NCBI GenBank assembly: GCA_021325135.1
Contig: JAJPHT010000036.1
Span: 95,491-159,490, forward strand
DNA from: Pseudomonadota bacterium
GTDB taxonomy: Archaea; Thermoplasmatota; SW-10-69-26; JACQPN01; JAJPHT01
Direction: 5' to 3'
DNA length: 64,000 bases
Part shown: positions 57,499 to 64,000 of the stretch, piece after piece
Numbering within the stretch: the first letter of the stretch is position 1
How the letters are laid out: every line of letters begins with the position of its first letter
The notes under the pieces: model-generated
Database searches by the model: none
Told to the model about the DNA's origin: nothing
The model's input: the letters and a program-made list of their open reading frames with translations, nothing else
Position numbers and translations under genes: made by a program

Positions 57499-58128
57499 AT
57501 GCTGCCCGCCGCCGAAGCGAAGCCCTCCGGGCCGGAGCCCACCATGATCGAGATCACCGCGACGCCGCCCGCCGAAGCCGAGGAAGCCCCCGCCGCCGAC
57601 CACGCCCCCGAGGAGCCCCGCACCCTCTTCCGCCTCTACTTCGTGCGCCACGCGCCCGCGGGCAGCGCCGAGGACTGGCCCGGCGACGACGCCGAGCGGC
57701 CCCTCACCGACAAGGGGCGGCAGTCGGCGCGCAAGGGGGGCAAGGGCCTCCGCAAGCTCGTCGGCACGCCCGACGCCATCCTCACGAGCCCCTACGCCCG
57801 CGCGCAGGAGACGGCGCAGATCGTCGCCAAGGGGCTCCACTTCGAGGGCCAGGTCCAGACCAACGACCACCTGGTCCACGGCGGCCGCCCCGAGATGCTG
57901 GCGCAGATCCTCGCGGACCACGCGGGGGAGAAGGACGTCCTCCTCGTGGGCCACTCGCCCGACCTGGAGCGCTGGATCGCCGCGCTCACCCTCGGCCACG
58001 AGTCGCCCTCCTTCCTCGAGCTGAAGAAGGGCGGCGTCTGCCGCGTGGACGTCACCACCCTGGAGCCCGAGCCGCGCGGCATCGTGCGCTGGGTCGTGAC
58101 GCCGGCCATCCTCCGCGAGCTCGACTGA
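57499..58128 (+). CDS. sixA: SixA-like phosphohistidine phosphatase
   Basis: VRHA..D.ERPLTDKG, LTSPYARAQETA, LLVGHSPDL, LKKGG. Confidence 0.9.
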   Translation: MLPAAEAKPSGPEPTMIEITATPPAEAEEAPAADHAPEEPRTLFRLYFVRHAPAGSAEDWPGDDAERPLTDKGRQSARKGGKGLRKLVGTPDAILTSPYARAQETAQIVAKGLHFEGQVQTNDHLVHGGRPEMLAQILADHAGEKDVLLVGHSPDLERWIAALTLGHESPSFLELKKGGVCRVDVTTLEPEPRGIVRWVVTPAILRELD

Positions 58129-58204
58129 TCGCTCCGGAGGACACGGCGCCCCCTGGGGTCTCCCACGGAAAGGGGCATCGCCTCTCCCGGGCATCCGGGC
58201 ATCG

Positions 58205-58312
58205 ATGAGCGACTCCCCCATCCAGGTGAACACGCGCGCCGACCGCGTCGCCTCGCTGGCGGCCTTCGCGCTGGGGCTCGCGGCGGGAGCGGCCGCGCTC
58301 CTGATCCGATGA
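58205..58312 (+). CDS. Possible 35-aa membrane micro-protein
   Basis: MSDSPIQVNTRADRVASLAAFALGLAAGAAALLIR; host-like codons. Confidence 0.35.
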   Translation: MSDSPIQVNTRADRVASLAAFALGLAAGAAALLIR

Positions 58313-58652
58313 GAATAACACCCTGCGGCCACATGGGTGGAGTTGCGGAGCTTCATGGGCTCCGGGCGAATGCGGATGGCCGCAGGGGGTTGCGCTTACA
58401 ATCCCCGCGGGGGCGATAACGCCTCCCTGCCGAGTTCGCGCGGGCCTCGGAGCCCTCTGGAGCCTCCTTCGGGGAGGCTCATGCCCGTCCGCGCGCCATC
58501 AAGGGGCATGGAGACGAAGACCTCGACACGGAGACGTCCTGGCCTTGCGTGGGTCCCTCCCTACGAGCGGTGGATCCGGCCCCTGGGCGAGCGCGCGGAC
58601 GTGTGAGCCCTTCGCCGAAAGCGCCAAGCGTCCCGCGCGCGCAAGGCGCCCC

Positions 58653-59408
58653 ATGACCGGCCTCATGGCGCGCGGGGGCGTCGTGCGCCGCCTCGTCCTC
58701 GACCAGGCCTCCCGCGTCGAGGCCTCGGCCGAGGCGCTGGCGGACGACCCGCGCCGCGCGGGCACTCTCCACGCGCACCGCCGCGAGTGCCGGCGCCTCG
58801 CCGCCTGCGTCGACCTGGCCGAGTGGGCGCTCAAGCCCACGCAGGTCGCCCGCGCCCGCGAGGCCGTGACGCCCCTGCCCCGCGGCCTCGGGCGCCACCG
58901 CGACGCGGACGTCCTGCGCGAGCGCCTGGAAGGGACCCCCGAGGTGGCGACCCTCGTGCTGCGCGACGCGGACCGCGGCCGGCGCAAGGCCGCGCTGCGC
59001 GCGTGCGCCCGCGCGCGGCCCTCCGCGCTGCGCCGGCCGCTGCGCCGCGTCGTGGACGCCATCCCGCCCGACGCCTGGGGCGACGCGCTGGCGCTCCCCG
59101 CCGCGCGCGTGCGCGTCCGCGCCGAGCACGCGCTGCGCGACGGGGGTGAGACGGCCTGGCACGCGCTGCGCCTCGACGCGAAGCGGCTGCGCGACGGCGC
59201 GATGGCCCTCGGCGCCGCCGACGCCGAGGCGATCCCCCACGCGGAAGGGGCCGACGCCATCGCGCAGCCGCTGGGGCGCTGGCGCGACGCGACCCTCCTG
59301 GCCGGCGCGCTGGCGCGGGCGGGGCTCTCCTCCGAGGCGGCCCGGCGCGAGGCGCGCGAGGGGCTGGAGGCCGCGCGCGGCGCGGCCGCGGCGTGGCTCG
59401 CGGGCTAG
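58653..59408 (+). CDS. CHAD-domain (polyphosphate-binding) protein
   Basis: Two repeats: HAHRRECRRL..LGRHRDADV and HALRLDAKRLR..LGRWRD. Confidence 0.85.
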   Translation: MTGLMARGGVVRRLVLDQASRVEASAEALADDPRRAGTLHAHRRECRRLAACVDLAEWALKPTQVARAREAVTPLPRGLGRHRDADVLRERLEGTPEVATLVLRDADRGRRKAALRACARARPSALRRPLRRVVDAIPPDAWGDALALPAARVRVRAEHALRDGGETAWHALRLDAKRLRDGAMALGAADAEAIPHAEGADAIAQPLGRWRDATLLAGALARAGLSSEAARREAREGLEAARGAAAAWLAG

Positions 59409-60157
59409 CCTTCCTCGTCCACCAGCGTCGTCATGGGCTGCAGGCGCTCGTGGACGCGGTCCAGCGGGATCTGAAGGACGGGGGCGACGGCCTTCCTGAT
59501 CTCCACCTGCGTCTCGTCCACGGCGCGGCGCGCGTCGACGGTCTTCCAGCCCGCCTCCTTGGCCATCTCGTCGTACTCGCGGATCTGCTTGGATTGATAG
59601 CTCATGAAGGAGTCGTGGATGTCCTCGCCCATGTGCCGGTCCATGCCGCTCTCCCAGTAGTTGAGCCGGGTGCGGTCCAGCGTGCGCGTGATGAGGTCGT
59701 CCACGTCGAGGCGCATGTAGACGGTGAGGTCGGGCGGCGGCGCGAAGCCGTAGAGCTCGCGCATCCAGTCGCGGTCGACGTCGCGCACGGCGCCGCGCAC
59801 CATGGCGGTGGCGACGTAGCGGTCCGCGACGACGACCATGCCGCTCTTGAGGGCGGGGATGACCACGCGCTCCAGCCTGTCGGCGAAGTCCGTCGCGTAG
59901 AGGAGCGTGTAGGTGACCTTGTTGAGGAGCGTGCCCTCCTTGGCGCTGGTGATGAGCTTGGAGACGAGGAGCGAGCGGTTCCAGCCGGTGACGACCACCG
60001 GGAGGCCGTGCGTCTCGATCCAGGGGACGAGGCGCGCGATCTGCGTGGAGCGGCCGACGCCGTCGGTGCCCTCCAGGACGATGAGCTTGCCCTTGACCTC
60101 CTCGCGCTCGACGCGGGGGAGGCCTCGCTTGCGGCTCGTGGCTCGGGTCGGGGTCAC
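59405..60157 (-). CDS. Thymidylate-kinase-like protein 2 (PPK3-like subunit, variant P-loop)
   Basis: GTG 60157 overlaps the upstream stop. LEGTDGVGRST, ATDFADRLE, ADRY, YWESGMD. Confidence 0.85.
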   Translation of the reverse strand: MTPTRATSRKRGLPRVEREEVKGKLIVLEGTDGVGRSTQIARLVPWIETHGLPVVVTGWNRSLLVSKLITSAKEGTLLNKVTYTLLYATDFADRLERVVIPALKSGMVVVADRYVATAMVRGAVRDVDRDWMRELYGFAPPPDLTVYMRLDVDDLITRTLDRTRLNYWESGMDRHMGEDIHDSFMSYQSKQIREYDEMAKEAGWKTVDARRAVDETQVEIRKAVAPVLQIPLDRVHERLQPMTTLVDEEG

Positions 60158-60870
60158 TTCTTCACCACCTTGCGGACGGCGGGCTTCGCGGCGAGCATCT
60201 TCTCGGCGAGGGCGCGGACGTGCTCCTGCTGCTCGCGGATGGGGCCCTGCGCGTCGATGGACTGGAGGCCGAACTCGGCCACGCAGCGGTCGTACTCCTC
60301 CAGGACGCGCCCCTGGAAGATGCGGAAGGAATCGATGACGTTCGCGGCGAGGCCGAGGTCCATGCCGGCCTCGTGGAACTTGATGTTGGCGCGCGCGGAG
60401 GTGAGGCGGTCCAGGCTCACCTCGATGGGGACCTTGAAGTAGAGCGCGAGGTCGGGCTTCGCGGCGAAGCGGTAGAGGTTGCGCACCCACCCGGGGTCCA
60501 CGCCGCGCACCGCGTCGCGGGCGAAGGCCGTGTAGACGTAGCGGTCCGCCAGCACGACCATGCCGGCCTTCAGCGCGGGCAGGATCTCGTAGTAGTAGCG
60601 GTCCGCGAAGTCGGTGGCGTGCAGGAGCGAGAACGTCGTGGGCGTGAGGAGGTTCTTCTTCTTGCCCATCTTCATGGTGTCCTTGACCAGCTCGCTGCTG
60701 TTCCACTCGGTGAACTTCAGCGCGTAGCCCTGGGCCTCCAGGTGGCGGCGCAGGAGCTTCAGCTGCGTGGACTTGCCGGAGCCGTCGATGCCTTCGACGA
60801 CGATGAGGGCGCCGGGGTACGGGTGGGCGTCGTGGAGGGGGTTCAGGGCCTGCTGGGCGGCGGTGGGCAT
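60154..60870 (-). CDS. Thymidylate-kinase-like protein 1 (PPK3-like subunit)
   Basis: VEGIDGSGKST, TEWNSS, ATDFADRY, ADRY, FHEAGMD. Confidence 0.85.
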   Translation of the reverse strand: MPTAAQQALNPLHDAHPYPGALIVVEGIDGSGKSTQLKLLRRHLEAQGYALKFTEWNSSELVKDTMKMGKKKNLLTPTTFSLLHATDFADRYYYEILPALKAGMVVLADRYVYTAFARDAVRGVDPGWVRNLYRFAAKPDLALYFKVPIEVSLDRLTSARANIKFHEAGMDLGLAANVIDSFRIFQGRVLEEYDRCVAEFGLQSIDAQGPIREQQEHVRALAEKMLAAKPAVRKVVKK

Positions 60871-60874
60871 GCGA

Positions 60875-62407
60875 TCACGCTCCGTCGGTCTGGACGTGGA
60901 AGGTCACGGGGATGCTGTAGGCGCGCTCGAGCCACTCGACCTTGCGCTGGGCGGCCCACATCTCCAGCTCGGCGGGCCCGTTGACGTGGACCGTCACGTC
61001 CAGCGAGGCCTCGCCGATCTCGGCCTCGACGCGGGGCACGACGCGGGCGTGGGAGCGGTCCAGCGCGTCCGCGAGGCGCAGCAGCCCCTCGACCTTCTCC
61101 ACGACGTCGCGGGAGGGCGCGCCCATCGCGGCCCAGTTCTCGTGGCTCGCCTTGGGGGCGGCCTTGCGGTGGTAGCGCGCGATGGCGGCGATGACGCGCA
61201 CCTCCTCCTCGGAGAATCCGCCCTGGAGCCCGTGGAGGATGAGATACTCCGAGTGCTTGTGGTGCCCCTTCTCGGCGACGGCGTAGCCCACGTCGTGGAG
61301 CAGCGCGCCGTACTCGAACAGCTCCCGCGTCGTCTCGTCAAGGCCGTGGAGCGGGAAGGTGGCGTCGAAGAGGGCCAGCGCCAGGTGCGCGACGTGGTGC
61401 GCGTGGGCGGCGTCGTAGCCCAGCTTCTCGGCGAACCGCAGGACCTCGCGGCGGCGCGCGTTGGGCTCCGTGATCTCCCATTGGATCTCCGCGCCGTGCT
61501 GGTCGAGGAAGTCCTGCACGAGGCCTTCGCGCAGGCCGCGGTCGCTCACGGTGAGGTGGTCGAGCCCCAGCTCGTCGGCCAGGGCGCGGAAGAAGGCGGC
61601 CGCGCCCACGATGAGGTCGGCGCGGGAGGGCTCCAGGCCCGGCATCTGGCGGCGCTTCTCGGCGGGCATGGAGGCCAGCTCGTCGTCAAGCTGCGCCAGC
61701 GCCTTGCGGGGAAGGCGCTCGTCGTCAGCCTTGGCCTCGCCGCGCTCGCGGAGGATGCGCAGGACCGCGGCCGCACTGCCCGACGTCACGTAGCACGTCT
61801 TGATGCCCTGCGCCTTGGCCTTGGCGGCGATGGGCGCCAGCTCGCTCGCCAGCGTCGCGCGCAGGCGCTGCCGCCCCTCGGGCGTGGGCTCGCGCTCGTG
61901 GAGGGCCAACGATTCGAGGCGCTGGACGCCCAGCTTGAGGCTGCTCGCCCACTGGAGCATGCGGGAGGAGCCGCTGGCGAACTCCACCGAGCCGCCGCCC
62001 AGGTCGACGACCAGCACCGGGCTCTCGTCCAGGGGCATGGCGCTCTGCACGGCCTTGAACACCAGGCGCGCCTCCTCGGCGCCGGTGATGATGCGCGGGT
62101 GGATGCCCGTCTCGCTGTAGACCTCCTGGAGGAAGGCGCCGCCGTTCTCCGCCTCGCGCACGGCGCTGGTGGCGACGGCGACGATGCGCTGCGCGCCGCG
62201 CTTCTGCGCGAGCCGCGCGAACCCCTTGAGCGTGTTGAGGGCGCGCTGCTGCGTGGCCTCGTCCAGGCGGCCCGTCTCGAAGGTGCCCTTCCCCAGGCGC
62301 GCCATCTCCTTGGCCTTGTCCAGGACGTGCGCCTTGAGGTCCGCGTCGATCCGGACGACCAGCATGTGGATGCTGTTGGTCCCGATGTCGATGACCGCGA
62401 CGTTCAT
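60875..62407 (-). CDS. ppx: Ppx/GppA exopolyphosphatase with C-terminal HD domain
   Basis: IDIGTNSIH, ATSAVREA, EEARL, DLGGGSVE, GLREG, LLHDVG, ARYHRK. Confidence 0.95.
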   Translation of the reverse strand: MNVAVIDIGTNSIHMLVVRIDADLKAHVLDKAKEMARLGKGTFETGRLDEATQQRALNTLKGFARLAQKRGAQRIVAVATSAVREAENGGAFLQEVYSETGIHPRIITGAEEARLVFKAVQSAMPLDESPVLVVDLGGGSVEFASGSSRMLQWASSLKLGVQRLESLALHEREPTPEGRQRLRATLASELAPIAAKAKAQGIKTCYVTSGSAAAVLRILRERGEAKADDERLPRKALAQLDDELASMPAEKRRQMPGLEPSRADLIVGAAAFFRALADELGLDHLTVSDRGLREGLVQDFLDQHGAEIQWEITEPNARRREVLRFAEKLGYDAAHAHHVAHLALALFDATFPLHGLDETTRELFEYGALLHDVGYAVAEKGHHKHSEYLILHGLQGGFSEEEVRVIAAIARYHRKAAPKASHENWAAMGAPSRDVVEKVEGLLRLADALDRSHARVVPRVEAEIGEASLDVTVHVNGPAELEMWAAQRKVEWLERAYSIPVTFHVQTDGA

Positions 62408-62491
62408 GGCCGCTGCAAGCCGCCTGGAGGCATAACGGCGACGCCTGGAGGCACCGGCCCGCTCCAGGCCGCTCCGGAGGCCTCCGATCCC

Positions 62492-63496
62492 TCAGTGGGC
62501 CATGACGACGCGGTGGTTGATGGCCGTCTCGGCCACGTCCGCGGCGTAGGCGGCCGTGCGGCCGATGCTCTCCAGCGTGAGGGCGACGTGGAGGATGCTC
62601 TCGCCGCCCAGGCTCAGCGACTCCTTCATCACGGTCTCCTGCACGGTCTTGAACGCGTGCGCCTCGCCGATGATGTGGTTGGCCATGTCGATGTCCTGCT
62701 TGTGGAAGGCCAGGAGCGAGTCGGCGAAGAGCTGCACCGCCTTGCGCGCCTGCTTCTCGATGCGGCTCTCCAGCTTGTGCTGCACCTTGTCGCCGCGGAT
62801 GGCCGCGATGCTCTCCGCCATGCGGGCGGCGTGGTCCGCCGTGCGCTCGATCAGGCGCGCGCACATGAGGTAGTTGAGCGCCTGGTTGGCGTTCAAGCCC
62901 ATCTTCTGCGCGTAGGAGGGATCGCGCAGGATCGCGTGGTACTGCTTGTTGATCATCCAGAAGAGGGAGTCGACCTCGTCGTCGCGCTCGTTGAAGACGG
63001 TCTCGAAGTCGTCGAGGCGCTCGGAGAAGAGCTTCAGCGCGTCCTCCTGCATGTTGCGGCAGAGCGTCTGCATGCGGCGCAGCCCCTTGTCCACGTGGAA
63101 CTCCTTGGGGTCCATGAAGTCCTGGAGGGTCACGCTGTGCGCGTCCTCCTCCACGACCTGGATGCCGATGATGCGCTTCGAGGCCGTGCGCACGGCGCGG
63201 CGCGTCGCGGCGGAGAGCGGCTTCTTGGAGCGGATGACGATGACGTCGTAGCCGTTGAGGTAGGCCGCGACGATGGTGCGGAAGTTGGCGTCCGGGTCCT
63301 CGGCGGTCAGCTCCGCCTCGTACTTCGCGTGCTCCGCGTTGAACCGCGCGTGCGGGTAGATGGCGATGCTGCCGTCCGCCTGCGAGTTGAACCCGACGAC
63401 GTCGCCGGCCTTCAGGGCCGCCTGGTCGACCCACTCCTTGGGCAGGGTCACCGTGTAGCTCGAGCCGCCGGTCAGCTGGATCTTGCGAAGCTCCAT
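62492..63496 (-). CDS. phoU: Archaeal AbrB-PhoU phosphate uptake regulator
   Basis: AbrB N-terminus RKIQLTGGSSYTVTLPKEW, AAYLNGYD, and two PhoU repeats (DDEVD..IERTADH, LESIG). Confidence 0.93.
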   Translation of the reverse strand: MELRKIQLTGGSSYTVTLPKEWVDQAALKAGDVVGFNSQADGSIAIYPHARFNAEHAKYEAELTAEDPDANFRTIVAAYLNGYDVIVIRSKKPLSAATRRAVRTASKRIIGIQVVEEDAHSVTLQDFMDPKEFHVDKGLRRMQTLCRNMQEDALKLFSERLDDFETVFNERDDEVDSLFWMINKQYHAILRDPSYAQKMGLNANQALNYLMCARLIERTADHAARMAESIAAIRGDKVQHKLESRIEKQARKAVQLFADSLLAFHKQDIDMANHIIGEAHAFKTVQETVMKESLSLGGESILHVALTLESIGRTAAYAADVAETAINHRVVMAH

Positions 63497-63559
63497 GGGT
63501 TACACGCTCCCCGGACGATCAACGGGCCGCCAAGTGCGCTGGGGGGGTCTTCATGGCTC

Positions 63560-63615
63560 CCCTCCACGATTCCGGATCGCTCCGGAGATGCCAGAGTCCC
63601 CGGAGCGGTCCGGAT
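63560..63615. promoter_or_regulatory. Tandem CCGGAG-like array between the divergent phoU and pstS genes (candidate operator)
   Basis: TCCGGA 63571, TCCGGAG 63581, GCCAGAG 63590, CCCGGAG 63599, TCCGGA 63609. Confidence 0.5.
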
Positions 63616-63677
63616 TCTTCGACGGCAACAGGCTTGGCATCCTCTCCTCCCTTGCCCCGCCGGAGACTTCGAGTCCC

Positions 63678-64000
63678 ATGAAGACGCTCACCCTGACGCT
63701 CGCCCTGGTCGGCATGATGGTGCTGGCGGGCTGCGCGACCAACTCGCCCCCCAGCCAGTCCACGCCCTCGGCCACGACGCCCACCGCGAGCACCGCGGCG
63801 TCGTCGACGCCCGTCTCCTCGACGCCAGCCACCATGACGCCCGCGACGCCCGCGCTCCACGCGGACCTGCTGGGCGATGGCTCCACGTTCGTTGCTCCCC
63901 TCATGGACAAGTGGCGCACGGCGTTCCACGACCAGAACTCCGGAGTGACGATCTCCTACACCGGCGGCGGCTCGGGCAAGGGCCGCGGCGACATCACCAA
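63678..64000 (+). CDS. pstS: PstS phosphate-binding lipoprotein (5' part)
   Basis: Translated by hand: lipobox LAGC, a Ser/Thr/Pro linker, then LGDGSTFVAPLMDKW..SYTGGGSGKG. Confidence 0.92.
   Translation, partial: MKTLTLTLALVGMMVLAGCATNSPPSQSTPSATTPTASTAASSTPVSSTPATMTPATPALHADLLGDGSTFVAPLMDKWRTAFHDQNSGVTISYTGGGSGKGRGDIT

Noticed and set aside
40297-58356. Very long alternative-frame or antisense ORFs (40297-47682 +, 47607-54098 +, 53593-58356 -, also 3249-6374 - and 11933-14884 +)
   Set aside because: Shadows of real genes at very high GC: Arg/Gly/Ala-rich, no motifs, fully overlapping genes that have clear family signatures.
59405-60870. Annotation as two ordinary dTMP kinases (tmk)
   Set aside because: The tandem arrangement, variant P-loop and polyP gene context argue against it, so the symbol is withheld.

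Overview
This is a very GC-rich archaeal window. The tRNA-Gln has the archaeal A1-U72 pair, neither tRNA gene encodes CCA, and the window carries the LysW pathway, an AbrB-PhoU regulator and PGF-CTERM-like sorting tails. Thermoplasmatota is my best guess for the lineage (inference). Left to right: (1) a Ku/LigD NHEJ operon; (2) a LysW-type lysine operon interrupted by a DUF3883 nuclease, a DedA-like protein and a Rieske protein; (3) a wHTH / V4R / processive GT2 glucan-synthase operon; (4) tRNA-Cys, a subtilase and tRNA-Gln; (5) a 6.4 kb lower-GC island in the tRNA-Gln 3' end, with a PIN protein, an NgoMIV-like REase, a C5-MTase, an HTH protein, Vsr and decaying genes; (6) a ~30 kb cluster of four giant surface glycoproteins (2656, 2986, 1234 and 1871 aa) plus DUF4350-like, DUF58 and MoxR genes; (7) a phosphate/polyphosphate cluster with two PstS, SixA, CHAD, a tandem thymidylate-kinase-like (PPK3-like) pair, Ppx and PhoU. 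The most notable non-gene signals are a strongly over-represented AT-rich pseudo-palindrome TGATA(T/G)CA inside coding sequence, and ~10-bp-periodic CCGGAG-like arrays shared by the phosphate genes and the giant-protein cluster. All calls come from reading motifs by eye; no database searches were run.
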